NCBI GenBank assembly: GCA_963665275.2
Contig: CAXXIN010000009.1
Coordinates: 1-64,000, forward strand
Direction: 5' to 3'
Length of the DNA stretch: 64,000 nt
Source of the DNA: Negativicutes bacterium
GTDB taxonomy: Bacteria; Bacillota; Negativicutes; UBA1444
The translations under genes were made by a program, and so were the position numbers. How positions within the stretch are numbered: position 1 is the first letter of the stretch; the number at the start of each line of letters is the position of its first letter. Shown here piece by piece: positions 28,235 to 39,041 of this stretch. The notes beneath the pieces are model-generated. The model did not search any database, was not told the origin of the DNA, and was given only the letters and a program-made list of their open reading frames with translations.

Positions 28235-30816
28235 AGCTTCCCTGCCTCCTGTTTTGCCTGCAAATTAAACTTATGCAGCAAATTAAGCGCCTCTAGCGGA
28301 GTCAGTGTCATCACATCCATGGCAGCGATTTCATCGGCCAGCGTGGAACGAAATAGCGAGAGCGCCGGTCCCTGGTCGACAGAAGTACTGCCCAGCGTTA
28401 CAGGACAGCCAGACTCAGATTCAATTTGCGCCAACAGTTCCTGTGCCCTTTCAACGACTCGCGTTGGCAGTCCTGCCAACTTGGCTACGTGAATTCCGTA
28501 GCTCTTATCGGCGCCGCCGGCAACAACACGACGCAAAAAAACCACGTCGTTTCCCCGCTCCTTGACGGCCATAGAAAAATTCCGTATGGCAGGCCGCCAT
28601 TCCGACAGGCAAGTTAGCTCATGATAATGCGTAGCAAAAATCGTTTTGGCATGGATCCGTTCCTTCACATGTTCGACCACTGCGCGGGCTATGCTCATGC
28701 CATCGAAGGTGCTTGTACCCCTGCCGATTTCATCAAGAATAATAAGGCTCTTGGCGGTAGCATGCTTTAAAATCTGTGAGACTTCATTCATTTCCAGCAT
28801 GAAGGTTGACTGGCCGGTGGCCAGGTCATCACTCGCCCCAACCCGGGTAAAAATCCGATCCACCGGGGATAGGGTTGCTTCCTTCGCCGGCACAAACGAG
28901 CCGGCCTGGGCCATGAGTGTCAATAAAGCGACCTGCCGCATATAAGTCGATTTGCCGGCCATATTGGGTCCGGTAAGAATCATAATTTCACAATCGCTGG
29001 AATCCAACTGCGTATCGTTGGGTACAAAGATTTCCCCAGACAGGAGTCGTTCCACTACAGGATGCCGGCCATCCCGGATATAAATGCGCTGATCTTCCGA
29101 CATCGTCGGGCGAACATATCGGTATTGCGCCGCAACCTCCGCGAACGAAATCAGACAATCCAGGGTTGCCAAATGACGGGCGGTCGATTGAATGGCTGTC
29201 AGGCGTTCTTTAATAAAGTCACGCAAAGCGCTGAACAGATGATACTCAATGGCAACTATTTTTTCCTGCGCTCCCAGAATCTTCGTCTCAAACTCTTTCA
29301 ATTCAGGAGTAATATATCGTTCCGCATTGACCAACGTCTGTTTGCGGACATAGTTAGCCGGGACGGCTGTCGTATTGGCATGCGTCACTTCGATATAATA
29401 GCCGAATACTTTGTTGTAACTGATTTTCAAAGACTTGATTCCAGTGCTTTCTTTCTCTCGCGCTTCCATATCCTGGACCCATTGCCGACTGTCACGGGAT
29501 AAACCGCGCAGTTCATCCAGTTCCAAATCATATCCCTCACGGATAAATCCGCCTTCACGAATAGAAAAAGGCGGAGTATCGACGATCGCCGCGCTGATCC
29601 GCTCGGCACAGTCAGAATGGGTCTCCATGCCAAAGCCCACATCAGTCAGTGCATTCGCTTTCAAAGCGCATAGTATCTGTTTCAGCTCAGGCAAAATTTC
29701 GAAGGAACTTAGCAACGCCGTCAAATCCCTGGCATTGGCAGTTCCCACTTCAATGCGAGTAAGAATACGTTCCAGATCGTATACCGACTTCAGGCGTTCG
29801 CGCAGGGACTGCCTGAGAACCGGGGCATTGAACAATTCTTCGACGGCATCGTGACGCCGGCGAATTTCCAGCAGGTTCACCAGCGGGGACTCCAGCCACT
29901 GACGTAAAAGTCGTCCCCCCATAGCTGTGACGGTGAAGTCGATTACACCTAGCAAGCTGCCTCTTTTGCCGCCCTCACGCATATTACGGGAGATCTCCAG
30001 ATTGCGTAGGGTCGTAGAATCCAGCATGAGAACATCCTGCAGTCGGAACCTCGTCAGGCGGTTCAAATGCGACAAATCCGATTTCATCGTCTGATGGAGG
30101 TATTGCAGCAACTGAGCTACCGCCAAAAAGGCCACCGGTTCCGCCGGTATGTCCGAAGATGCAAAATGTTGGGCTGGATAATCGCGCGAAGCATCTGGTT
30201 CATCGCTGATAAAAGTCGTTACTGTACAAGCCGACATCCGGTTTTGCATAAACCGTTCCATATCTTCCCAACGTTCCAATTTTCCAGTCAGCACGATTTC
30301 AGCCGGTGCAAGCCGGGACAACTGATTCATCAGCGCCGGATAACGATCGGTTCCACTGAATAGCGCCCATAGAAATTCACCCGTAGAAATGTCGGCTGCA
30401 GCAAGCGCCAGTTCGAGACCGTTCTCGCAAACCAACGTCAGGTAATTATTTCCGCGATCAGTCAAGGCAGCCTCTGACAAAATGGTGCCGGGTGTCACCA
30501 CTCGTACCACTTCGCGCCGCACAATGCCCTTTGCAAGTTTTGGATCCTCAACCTGCTCACAGATAGCGACCCTGTAGCCCTTGGCAATCAGACGAGTCAG
30601 ATAGCCCTCCACCGCGTGATATGGCACGCCGCACATAGGAACGCGGTTGCTGTTGCCGGCTTCACGTGAGGTCAGGGTAATCTCCAGTTCACGCGCCGCA
30701 AGTTCTGCATCATCAAAGAACAATTCATAAAAGTCACCGAGCCGGAACATCAACAGATCCTGCGGATGCTGGCGCTTCACTTCACGATACTGTTCCATCA
30801 TAGGAGTATAGTTCAA
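28231..30816 (-). CDS. mutS: DNA mismatch repair protein MutS
   Basis: TPMMEQY, GDFYELF, GPNMAGKST, DEIGRGTS, SYGIHVA. Confidence 0.98.
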   Translation of the reverse strand: MNYTPMMEQYREVKRQHPQDLLMFRLGDFYELFFDDAELAARELEITLTSREAGNSNRVPMCGVPYHAVEGYLTRLIAKGYRVAICEQVEDPKLAKGIVRREVVRVVTPGTILSEAALTDRGNNYLTLVCENGLELALAAADISTGEFLWALFSGTDRYPALMNQLSRLAPAEIVLTGKLERWEDMERFMQNRMSACTVTTFISDEPDASRDYPAQHFASSDIPAEPVAFLAVAQLLQYLHQTMKSDLSHLNRLTRFRLQDVLMLDSTTLRNLEISRNMREGGKRGSLLGVIDFTVTAMGGRLLRQWLESPLVNLLEIRRRHDAVEELFNAPVLRQSLRERLKSVYDLERILTRIEVGTANARDLTALLSSFEILPELKQILCALKANALTDVGFGMETHSDCAERISAAIVDTPPFSIREGGFIREGYDLELDELRGLSRDSRQWVQDMEAREKESTGIKSLKISYNKVFGYYIEVTHANTTAVPANYVRKQTLVNAERYITPELKEFETKILGAQEKIVAIEYHLFSALRDFIKERLTAIQSTARHLATLDCLISFAEVAAQYRYVRPTMSEDQRIYIRDGRHPVVERLLSGEIFVPNDTQLDSSDCEIMILTGPNMAGKSTYMRQVALLTLMAQAGSFVPAKEATLSPVDRIFTRVGASDDLATGQSTFMLEMNEVSQILKHATAKSLIILDEIGRGTSTFDGMSIARAVVEHVKERIHAKTIFATHYHELTCLSEWRPAIRNFSMAVKERGNDVVFLRRVVAGGADKSYGIHVAKLAGLPTRVVERAQELLAQIESESGCPVTLGSTSVDQGPALSLFRSTLADEIAAMDVMTLTPLEALNLLHKFNLQAKQEAGKL

Positions 30817-32156
30817 GGTAGCATCCCGATCCTTTCAGCTTCTGCAGTGCCTTTGAGCAAAAAAGTCTGAGCTGAGACGATCCGAACGGATCGGAAACAT
30901 CCGGCCCGATCATCCGACGTCTTCGGCCACAGCACAATCTTGTTTTGGCTGGTACGACCGGAAAAGACTGACGCATCGGTCTTGCTCGGGCCGTCTGCCA
31001 CCACCTCAACGGTCTGGTCAACCCACTTTCGGTTAATGTCGAGACTGATATCGTTCTGCAAATCCATCAGGCGCTGAAGACGAAACTGTTTCGTCGCCTG
31101 AGGAACCTGTTGTTCCATGGTTGCAGCTGGAGTTCCGGAGCGCTTGGAGTAAAGAAATGTAAATGCGGCATCGAATTTAATCCTTGCAACAAACTCCAAG
31201 GTCTGCTGGAACATCTCTTCCGTTTCGCCAGGAAAACCGACGATAATATCCGTCGTGAGGCTGATATCAGGAATCCTTTCTCGCAGGCGCTCGACATGCT
31301 GTAGATATTCTGCCGTCGTATAGCGGCGGTTCATGCGCTGCAGAACTTCATCACAACCGGATTGCACCGGTAAATGAAGATGCTTGCAGATATTCATGCC
31401 GTTTGCCATCACTTCGATCAGTTTATCGCCGAAATCCTTCGGATGCGAAGTCATAAAGCGAACTCGAAGAATTCCGTCAATGCGGTCCACTTCGCTCAAC
31501 AAGCGCGGAAAATCCCAGGCCTCCTCAAGGTTTTTGCCATAAGAATTCACGTTTTGCCCGAGGAGAGTCACTTCTTTGCCGCCCTGGGCAGCAAAATCGC
31601 GAATTTCCTGCAGAATCATTTCTGCAGGCCGGCTCCGCTCGCGCCCTCTGACATAGGGCACGATACAGTAACTGCAATAATTATCACAGCCATACATTAC
31701 TGGAATCCAGGCGCTGACACCTGTATGGCGGAGTTTTCCCGTCACATCGCCTAACCCGTCCATGGCATGATCTTGAGATTCGACCCAGCGTTTATGACGT
31801 TTTTTCTCATTCAGGATTTCAGCCAGACGATCGATATTCTGTGTACCCAACACAATATCCACATGGGAAGCACGACGAAAAATAAGCTCCTGATCTTTTT
31901 GAGCCAAGCAACCGGCAACTACAATAACCATATCGGGTTTCTTCGTTTTAAGTCGCTTTAATGCGCCAATCCGACCGAAAATACGGTTTTCAGCGCTTTC
32001 GCGGACACAGCAAGTATTCATGACGATAATATCAGCCCGCTCAGGGTCATCGACAACACGACAACCTAGGCTTTCAAGCTGACCGGCGATTCGTTCTGAA
32101 TCGCTCAGGTTCATCTGACAGCCAAAACTTTCAATTAGATACGATTGATACTGCAT
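30813..32156 (-). CDS. miaB: tRNA-2-methylthio-N6-dimethylallyladenosine synthase
   Basis: FGCQMN, NTCCVRE, GCDNYCSYC, GQNVNSY, TRAM-like C-terminus. Confidence 0.95.
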   Translation of the reverse strand: MQYQSYLIESFGCQMNLSDSERIAGQLESLGCRVVDDPERADIIVMNTCCVRESAENRIFGRIGALKRLKTKKPDMVIVVAGCLAQKDQELIFRRASHVDIVLGTQNIDRLAEILNEKKRHKRWVESQDHAMDGLGDVTGKLRHTGVSAWIPVMYGCDNYCSYCIVPYVRGRERSRPAEMILQEIRDFAAQGGKEVTLLGQNVNSYGKNLEEAWDFPRLLSEVDRIDGILRVRFMTSHPKDFGDKLIEVMANGMNICKHLHLPVQSGCDEVLQRMNRRYTTAEYLQHVERLRERIPDISLTTDIIVGFPGETEEMFQQTLEFVARIKFDAAFTFLYSKRSGTPAATMEQQVPQATKQFRLQRLMDLQNDISLDINRKWVDQTVEVVADGPSKTDASVFSGRTSQNKIVLWPKTSDDRAGCFRSVRIVSAQTFLLKGTAEAERIGMLP

Positions 32157-32243
32157 CGCGACTCCTTTCGACAAAAAGCAATAAAAACAAAGGCGCTCTC
32201 CCGATAAAAAACCGGCAGAGCGGCGAGATGAAACGAATTAGGA

Positions 32244-32609
32244 CTATTGGAGGTCCGATTCCGGGGCGGTTTGCTCCTCCATAAAGCTTCGGTATTTATC
32301 ATATATGATACGCAACGAAGTCATGATCGCTTTTTTAGCGCTGCCCTGATATCTTTTGTCAATAATTCGCAACACCGAATCAGGTCCGTTTCGCATAGAG
32401 TGCCCCAATAAAATACAGGAAACATATTCCCGGGCTACTGAAGTTGCGAGCGTACAGTCCGCCTGCACAATTTCACCAGTTTCCACGCGAATAACAAGGA
32501 TAACTCCAATTACCTTGTACATTTCGCTTGCAGTTATACCAACAGGCAATTTCGCATATCCCGAAAACAGAACCAAGCCATCATCATTTGCAGCCAAGTC
32601 CTCAATCAT
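32244..32609 (-). CDS. DUF3870-like protein
   Basis: FSGYAKLP, ADCTLAT, RYQGSAKKAI pattern. Confidence 0.75.
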   Translation of the reverse strand: MIEDLAANDDGLVLFSGYAKLPVGITASEMYKVIGVILVIRVETGEIVQADCTLATSVAREYVSCILLGHSMRNGPDSVLRIIDKRYQGSAKKAIMTSLRIIYDKYRSFMEEQTAPESDLQ

Positions 32610-32617
32610 CCTCCCTA

Positions 32618-33454
32618 CTAACTTTTCGCATCGGCAACAATACCTCGTACAAAAATGTCAACATCAGTAACAGTCATCCATGTCATGTACTCGACCTGGG
32701 TCTTAATCCTATCCTGAGCTGAATGAACCGCCTCTGGAATGTTGACGCCATACCGGACTGTGACGTCCAATCTCAAGATCAGTCCCCGTTCCTGTCTTTC
32801 CATATTTTTCACGGATATACGAGTTACAGCAGCCCAAGCTTTGTCTTTCAGCAATTCCTCCCGCACAATCATAGCAACCGCACGCTCAGTAATGATAAGC
32901 TTACCGAATACAGAGAACCTGTTAGGTCGTACAACCGATACTTCACCGAAATGATGCCTTGGCTGCCGCGAAGATTTTGCGAACAATCTCATCGGGTCAA
33001 TCAAAAAGTTGGGTAGATACGGTTGAAGTTCGATTTTTGGCACCGGGACAACGTGCTTATTCTGGGTGCGTCTCGTTTCCCTCGCCTTCATGATGGCAGC
33101 CGGTGTCGAGACATCATAAATATTGATGATTTGTGATGCAGGTGGTAATTGAAGCACACGAATGATCGTGTCAACCATGTTTCTTGATGTGCCCAAGACC
33201 AAAACCCGCGCCGCCTGCATTTTCGCCAATGCCGCACGAACTTGCAGCGCATGTTCGTCATCAGCGAATATCGCTTTTTTAACAGAGCGAATCTTATTAG
33301 TTTCATATTTGGCTGAAGTACCGGCAATGATTTTATTGTCCTTAATTAAAAGTCCATCATCAATAATCACATCTGCGCCACAATCATGGGCAACCTTGGA
33401 CGCTCTATGACTTTTGCCGGTTCCTGTCGGCCCGATGAATGCGACTACTTCCAA
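32618..33454 (-). CDS. P-loop domain fused to an Asp23/Gls24-like domain
   Basis: GPTGTGKSHRA, IIDDGLLI; C-terminal VRYGVNIPE..QDRIKTQVEYMT..VDIFV. Confidence 0.85.
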   Translation of the reverse strand: MEVVAFIGPTGTGKSHRASKVAHDCGADVIIDDGLLIKDNKIIAGTSAKYETNKIRSVKKAIFADDEHALQVRAALAKMQAARVLVLGTSRNMVDTIIRVLQLPPASQIINIYDVSTPAAIMKARETRRTQNKHVVPVPKIELQPYLPNFLIDPMRLFAKSSRQPRHHFGEVSVVRPNRFSVFGKLIITERAVAMIVREELLKDKAWAAVTRISVKNMERQERGLILRLDVTVRYGVNIPEAVHSAQDRIKTQVEYMTWMTVTDVDIFVRGIVADAKS

Positions 33455-33518
33455 GACACAGTCCTCCCGACAGGCAAACTATATTGGGGACCCTGCCTGA
33501 GAACAGAATCCGCTCTCA

Positions 33519-33779
33519 TTATCTGGGTTCGACAATCAATTTTATGGCGGTTTTCTCTTCTCCCTCGATCATAAGGTCAGTAAAAGCCGGAATACATATC
33601 AAATCGATCCCTTGCACCGCAACAAAGCCACGAGCAATTGCCACAGCCTTAACGGCCTGGTTCAGCGCTCCGGCCCCAATAGCCTGAAGCTCTGCAGAAC
33701 CTTGCTCACGAACCACTCCGGCTAGTGCCCCTGCAACAGAATTGGGATTGGACTTGGCTGACACTTTCAAAACACCCAT
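33519..33779 (-). CDS. spoVS: Stage V sporulation protein S
   Basis: LKVSAKSNPNSVAGALA, AIGAGALNQAVKAVAIARG. Confidence 0.97.
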   Translation of the reverse strand: MGVLKVSAKSNPNSVAGALAGVVREQGSAELQAIGAGALNQAVKAVAIARGFVAVQGIDLICIPAFTDLMIEGEEKTAIKLIVEPR

Positions 33780-33826
33780 GCTTTGACTGCCCCCTCCTCC
33801 CGATACGAATCTATTGTATCCTCATA

Positions 33827-33851
33827 ATTCGTCAGTCCCGTTGAAAATCCT
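33827..33851 (-). promoter_or_regulatory. Sigma-H promoter of spoVS
   Basis: GCAGGATTT, AGGA-17 nt-GAAT; spoVS is sigma-H-dependent in B. subtilis. Confidence 0.8.
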
Positions 33852-33855
33852 GCTG

Positions 33856-34392
33856 CTATTTGCTAAAAACTAAAACTCGTCCATTCTCTCGCAACGCGGT
33901 GAGATTTTTCGCCGCACGTTGAGCGCGAACTGTATCGAACATGTTATCAATCAAATCTTCGGGAAAATCAATCTCATCCATAAAATCCGGCACAAATTCC
34001 GAATCGTCAAGAATCAGGCAGTCGTGAAATTTCTCTACCAGCAAGGTGCTGAGTAGAATAATCTCCCCCTTGGACAGACTGGCAATATCCCGAACGATCG
34101 AAAGCATGCAAAATTTTTCATAGGGTTGTTTGGTCTCAATTTTTACACACGAAGGCTCTTTCCCCGTAATATAATGATAAGCCTTTAAGTGAGATGCGAT
34201 GGTTTTTTGGAAAGACTCGATATCTTCTGTTGATACTGTCTGTGACAGCATGAAGTTTAACGACAATATTCCGTGTTTCGAGTCAAATTGAATTGTGCCA
34301 ATCTGCGGAAATCGCACCAATATAGAAATCAACAGACTTACGCCATCTGAGCTGCGCGGATCTGCAGTATTCGAAGAAATTATGTTCGACAT
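33856..34392 (-). CDS. Hypothetical protein, 178 aa
   Basis: ORF with GAGG SD filling the rny-spoVS gap; no family recognised. Confidence 0.8.
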   Translation of the reverse strand: MSNIISSNTADPRSSDGVSLLISILVRFPQIGTIQFDSKHGILSLNFMLSQTVSTEDIESFQKTIASHLKAYHYITGKEPSCVKIETKQPYEKFCMLSIVRDIASLSKGEIILLSTLLVEKFHDCLILDDSEFVPDFMDEIDFPEDLIDNMFDTVRAQRAAKNLTALRENGRVLVFSK

Positions 34393-34416
34393 AGCCCTCG
34401 CCTCTTTTCACAAACC

Positions 34417-34452
34417 AAAAAGTCGGAAACGACCTTGATTAAGGTCGTTTCC
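34417..34452 (-). terminator. Terminator after rny
   Basis: GGAAACGACCTT / AAGGTCGTTTCC 12-bp stem, T-rich tail on minus strand. Confidence 0.75.
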
Positions 34453-34469
34453 AGATCATATCAATTGTC

Positions 34470-36005
34470 CTACTTCGCGTAGTCAACAGCACGGGTTTCC
34501 CGAATCACCGTGACACGGATCTGTCCTGGGTAATCCATATCCGATTCTATTCGTTTAACGATATCCTTTGCCAACCGTATTGAGGCCAAATCATCAATTT
34601 TATCAGGTTTAACCATAATCCTAACTTCACGACCTGCCTGAATAGCATATGATTTGTCGACACCTTCGAAAGAGTCGGCAATCTCTTCCAGTTTAGTCAA
34701 GCGTTTGATATAACTCTCAAGAGTTTCACGGCGAGCGCCTGGTCTAGCTGCCGAAACCGCATCCGAAGCGGCCACGAGAACCGCTTGGATCGTTTTGGGT
34801 TCTTCATCTCCATGATGAGCTACAATTGCATTAACCACATCCGCCGATTCACGGTATTTTTTGGCCAGATCTCCACCAATCGTGACATGGGGTCCCTCGA
34901 CTTCGTGATCAATGGCTTTACCGATATCGTGCAGCAATCCGGCGCGTTTCGCCAAAGTAACATCCACACCGAGTTCTGCTGCCATGACCCCCGCCAGATG
35001 GGAAACCTCTATGGAATGTTTCAATACATTCTGTCCGTAACTGGTGCGATATTTCAATCTGCCCAATAATCTTATAAGTTCAGGATGTAAGCCATGAATA
35101 CCGGTTTCAAAAGTTGCCTGCTCGCCAGCATCTTTAATGCGCTGTTCAACTTCTTTTTGCGCTTTTTCAACAGTTTCCTCAATTCTAGCAGGGTGAATTC
35201 GGCCGTCACTGATCAATTTTTCCAGTGCCAGACGTGCCACTTCCCGCCGAACAGGATCAAATCCGGAGATCAATATGGCTTCGGGGGTATCATCAATGAT
35301 TAAATCAATCCCAGTCAACGCTTCGAGGGTCCGAATATTTCTTCCCTCGCGACCAATAATACGACCCTTCATTTCATCATTTGGCAGGCTGACTACCGAT
35401 ACAGTAGTCTCGGCTGCATGATCGGCTGCGCAGCGTTGGATAGCCAATGAAACAATTTCGCGCGCTTTCTTATCTGCTTCTTCTTTGGCCTGATGTTCCA
35501 AATCTTTAATTAAAACAGCCATTTCGTGGCGTGTTTCCTGTTCAACATTGGCTAACAGGACACTTTTCGCTTCTTCTTGAGTCAATCCAGCCAATCGTTC
35601 GAGTTCATCCACTTGTTTTTGATACAGACCATTAATACGATCTTGCTTATCTTCTACTTCAGCTTCGCGTTTACTGATATTTTCTTCTTTTTTCTCCATG
35701 GACTCAATCTTGCGATCCATGTTTTCTTCTTTTTGTTGCAAACGGCGTTCCATTCTCTGAACTTCAGATCGCCGTTCTTTGAGTTCGCGCTCAGCTTCCC
35801 CTCGAAAGCGATGGATTTCTTCTTTGGCTTCAATTAACGATTCTTTCTTTTTAGCATCCGCACTGTGTTGAGCATCATCAAGGATTTTTCTGGCAGCTTC
35901 TTCTGCCGAGGCAATCTTTGCTTCCGCCAATTTTTTGCGAATCCAGTAGCCGACTGCGGTTCCCCCGGCAGCAGCAACCAAGGCAAAAATTACATTTTCA
36001 ACAAT
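34470..36005 (-). CDS. rny: Ribonuclease Y, probable ATT start
   Basis: TM anchor, coiled coil, KH ([13 protein letters not shown]), HD (LLHDIGK); AGGAGG 9 nt before in-frame ATT at 36005. Confidence 0.96.
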   Translation of the reverse strand: MVENVIFALVAAAGGTAVGYWIRKKLAEAKIASAEEAARKILDDAQHSADAKKKESLIEAKEEIHRFRGEAERELKERRSEVQRMERRLQQKEENMDRKIESMEKKEENISKREAEVEDKQDRINGLYQKQVDELERLAGLTQEEAKSVLLANVEQETRHEMAVLIKDLEHQAKEEADKKAREIVSLAIQRCAADHAAETTVSVVSLPNDEMKGRIIGREGRNIRTLEALTGIDLIIDDTPEAILISGFDPVRREVARLALEKLISDGRIHPARIEETVEKAQKEVEQRIKDAGEQATFETGIHGLHPELIRLLGRLKYRTSYGQNVLKHSIEVSHLAGVMAAELGVDVTLAKRAGLLHDIGKAIDHEVEGPHVTIGGDLAKKYRESADVVNAIVAHHGDEEPKTIQAVLVAASDAVSAARPGARRETLESYIKRLTKLEEIADSFEGVDKSYAIQAGREVRIMVKPDKIDDLASIRLAKDIVKRIESDMDYPGQIRVTVIRETRAVDYAK

Positions 36006-36042
36006 GGTGGTTTGCCTCCTCTCATTATTCGATAGTAAGGGT

Positions 36043-36170
36043 AAAGCCGAGTACATACTCGGCTTTTCAAAGTAACCATTCCTCAATCAGGTTGTCTCGT
36101 GTCACAACTTGACAGTTTCCGGTCACACGATTGGCGATTTCATTGTAATTCTTTTTGAACAAAGTGTCAA
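36043..36170 (-). promoter_or_regulatory. rny sigma-A promoter and structured leader
   Basis: TTGACA-17 nt-TACAAT at 36170-36142; hairpin AAAGCCGAGT-4 nt-ACTCGGCTTT at 36043-36066. Confidence 0.7.
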
Positions 36171-36182
36171 GGTTGAGCCGCT

Positions 36183-36641
36183 TCAGTACTGATGTTTGCG
36201 GCATTCGTCAGCTAAACGCCGCAGTATACCGGAAGAAAAACCCCGGTTGGTAAGAAAACGTGCAAGCCGGGGAAAAACGGTGACGTCCAGAGTGGAGAAA
36301 TGTTTCTTGACCAATTCAAGAGCAATCAACCATTCTTCTTCTTCGGAACAGCTTTCCCTGATTTTTTCCCCGGAAACCTGCAACCCTCTCTGACGAAGTT
36401 TTTCTGTGATTCCCCTAACTCCATGTCTCTTATCTGTCAACAATTTTTCGATCGTACGCTGAGCAGCCCTCTCATCATTGATATAACCCTTTCCCCGCAA
36501 TATCTCCAAAGTCTCATCGACTTCGTCGCGTTTAAATTCTTTATGCTGAAGCTTGAGGCGAAGCTCCATTTCCGTAAGTTCGCGTCTGGCAAGCAAACGG
36601 ACCGCTGTTTCCAGCGGTCCTTCCATGTTCCCGGTTTTCAC
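36183..36641 (-). CDS. recX: Regulatory protein RecX
   Basis: [23 protein letters not shown]; directly after recA; start may be 36626. Confidence 0.88.
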   Translation of the reverse strand: MKTGNMEGPLETAVRLLARRELTEMELRLKLQHKEFKRDEVDETLEILRGKGYINDERAAQRTIEKLLTDKRHGVRGITEKLRQRGLQVSGEKIRESCSEEEEWLIALELVKKHFSTLDVTVFPRLARFLTNRGFSSGILRRLADECRKHQY

Positions 36642-37687
36642 TCTGCCTCTTCCACTTCTGCCACTTCGTCTTCGACCGTCGTTGGAAGCGTCAGCAGTTT
36701 GCCCATCGCTGCATCGCGAATGCGAGCTTCCAGTTCCTCTGTCATCTGAGGATTCTTGCGCAGAAAATCTTTAACATTTTCCCGGCCTTGACCTAGCCGA
36801 GTTTCTTTATACGAGTACCATGCGCCGCTCTTCGTAAAAATCTCCATTTCTGTAGCCAAATCAACAACGCTGCCTTCCCGCGAAATGCCTTCACCGAAAA
36901 TAATATCAAATTCAGCTTGCCGGAAAGGCGGAGCCACTTTATTTTTGACAACCTTCACCCGGGTACGGTTGCCGATAATCACATTATCCTGTTTGATGCT
37001 GTCGATCCGCCGAACATCCAGACGAATACTAGAGTAGAATTTCAACGCTCGCCCGCCGGTGGTAGTTTCCGGATTGCCAAACATCACGCCGACTTTTTCC
37101 CGCAATTGATTGATGAAGATCGTCGTTGTTCTGGATTTCGAAATGATGCCGGTTAATTTCCTGAGAGCCTGGGACATCAGACGGGCATGGAGTCCAACAT
37201 GCGAATCGCCCATATCTCCTTCAATCTCGGCTTTTGGAACCAATGCTGCCACAGAGTCAACGACGATAATGTCAATCGCTCCGCTTCGCACAAGAGCTTC
37301 CGCTATCTCCAATGCCTGCTCGCCATAATCAGGCTGTGAAATCAGTAGATTATCAATATCGACTCCCAATTTTCTCGCATATAAGGGGTCGAGGGCGTGT
37401 TCCGCATCAATGAAGGCTGCCACACCGCCAGCTTTTTGAGCTTGAGCGATAATTTGCAGGGAAACTGTTGTTTTACCCGAGGATTCCGGCCCGAAGATTT
37501 CCACGACACGTCCACGCGGAACACCCCCAATGCCCAGAGCAATATCCAAACCGAGCGACCCGGTCGGGATATACTCCACGTTCAGCCTCGATGAGGCCTC
37601 TCCGAGTTTCCAAATGGATCCCTTGCCAAAATCCTTTTCAATCTGATGCAGCGCGTTGTCCAATGCTTTTGACTTTTCTTTATCCAT
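36638..37687 (-). CDS. recA: Recombinase RecA
   Basis: [31 protein letters not shown]. Confidence 0.99.
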   Translation of the reverse strand: MDKEKSKALDNALHQIEKDFGKGSIWKLGEASSRLNVEYIPTGSLGLDIALGIGGVPRGRVVEIFGPESSGKTTVSLQIIAQAQKAGGVAAFIDAEHALDPLYARKLGVDIDNLLISQPDYGEQALEIAEALVRSGAIDIIVVDSVAALVPKAEIEGDMGDSHVGLHARLMSQALRKLTGIISKSRTTTIFINQLREKVGVMFGNPETTTGGRALKFYSSIRLDVRRIDSIKQDNVIIGNRTRVKVVKNKVAPPFRQAEFDIIFGEGISREGSVVDLATEMEIFTKSGAWYSYKETRLGQGRENVKDFLRKNPQMTEELEARIRDAAMGKLLTLPTTVEDEVAEVEEAE

Positions 37688-37730
37688 GGTATGTCCTCCT
37701 CTTTTGAGTGGCACCTTGTAGCTCAATGTC

Positions 37731-37759
37731 ATTATACAAACATACGTTCGTTATGTCAA
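37731..37759 (-). promoter_or_regulatory. recA sigma-A promoter with LexA box in the spacer
   Basis: TTGACA-17 nt-TATAAT; GAACGTATGTTT at 37749-37738. Confidence 0.92.
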
Positions 37760-37773
37760 TTGTTTTGCAGATA

Positions 37774-39024
37774 TTAATTTTTCAAATATCGACGAAGCAA
37801 ATCCAATGCAGCATTCACCGTCCGGGCCTTGATCGCGGTCCGCTGACCAGTGAACCGTTCTTCTTCCACCATGCTTCCATTCGGTCCGGCTACAGCAATG
37901 TAAACCAGGCCCACCGGTTTCTCTGCAGTTCCGCCATCAGGTCCGGCGATTCCGGTAACACCCACGCCGATATCCGCACCGAACCGCTGCCTGATCCCTT
38001 CGGCCATCGCACGGGCCGTCTCTTCGCTGACGGCGCCCTTTTCTTGCAATACCGTTTCAGGCACACCAACGAAATCTGTTTTAATTCGGTTATTGTAAGA
38101 TACCACCGAGCCTATCAGATACGCCGAGCTTCCGGGAACATCCGTCAATCTGGCTGATACGGCGCCGCCAGTGCAGGATTCGGCCAAGGCCACTGTATAA
38201 TTTTTCGTAGCCAACACTTCTCCGACAATCTGTTCCAACGTTTGCTCATCTGTGCCGAAAACATATTCGCCGATTCGCTCACGAATCTTAGGTTCCAAAT
38301 CACCGATAAGTTGATTCGCCAGCTCTGCGGTTTCACCCTTCGCCGTCAACCTTACGTGAATTTCACCGCTACGGGCCAATAAGGCCAGCGTGGGATTTTT
38401 TTGCGCCATGATATAATCATGAATCCGTTCTTCCAATGCAGACTCGCCCAGCCCGATAGTTCGGAGAACCTTGGACACGATGAGTCCCTGGTTGCCGAAT
38501 CGATTCTGAAAATAGGGCAGAATCCCATTTTCAAACATATGCTCCAATTCCATTGGCGGCCCTGGCAGATGGATGATCGTTTTCTCTTCATGTTCTAAAA
38601 TGACGCCAGGTGCTGTCCCACGAAAATTTTTGACGATGATTGCGCCTTCGGGCATCATAGCCTGCCGGAGGTTGTTTTGGGTCATCGTCAGATGCCGCCG
38701 TTCAAAAAAGCCTTTAATGTGTTCGACGCTTTCGTCATGTAAATACATCGGCCGTTCCAGCAGTTCAGCGGTCACTTCTTTGGTTATATCTCCTCGCGTC
38801 GGCCCCAGTCCGCCGCTGGTAATAACAATGTCGGAGCGTTCCAAGGCAATAGCCAGCACGCTGCCCATCCGCTTGCGGTTATCCCCCACCGTAGTCTGGT
38901 ATACGGCATCATAACCGATTTCATTAAGCTTTCGCGCGAGGTAGGGGGCATTGGTGTTGACGATCTGCCCCAGCAGCAATTCGGAGCCGGTACTGACAAT
39001 TTCGACTATCATCTCAAAGTTCAT
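37774..39024 (-). CDS. cinA: Competence/damage-inducible protein CinA (MoCF + NMN deamidase domains)
   Basis: GSELLLG, GGLGPT, LPGPP, AESCTGG, TGIAGP; start may be 39012. Confidence 0.95.
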   Translation of the reverse strand: MNFEMIVEIVSTGSELLLGQIVNTNAPYLARKLNEIGYDAVYQTTVGDNRKRMGSVLAIALERSDIVITSGGLGPTRGDITKEVTAELLERPMYLHDESVEHIKGFFERRHLTMTQNNLRQAMMPEGAIIVKNFRGTAPGVILEHEEKTIIHLPGPPMELEHMFENGILPYFQNRFGNQGLIVSKVLRTIGLGESALEERIHDYIMAQKNPTLALLARSGEIHVRLTAKGETAELANQLIGDLEPKIRERIGEYVFGTDEQTLEQIVGEVLATKNYTVALAESCTGGAVSARLTDVPGSSAYLIGSVVSYNNRIKTDFVGVPETVLQEKGAVSEETARAMAEGIRQRFGADIGVGVTGIAGPDGGTAEKPVGLVYIAVAGPNGSMVEEERFTGQRTAIKARTVNAALDLLRRYLKN

Positions 39025-39041
39025 CCCTTTCGCTAATGGCT

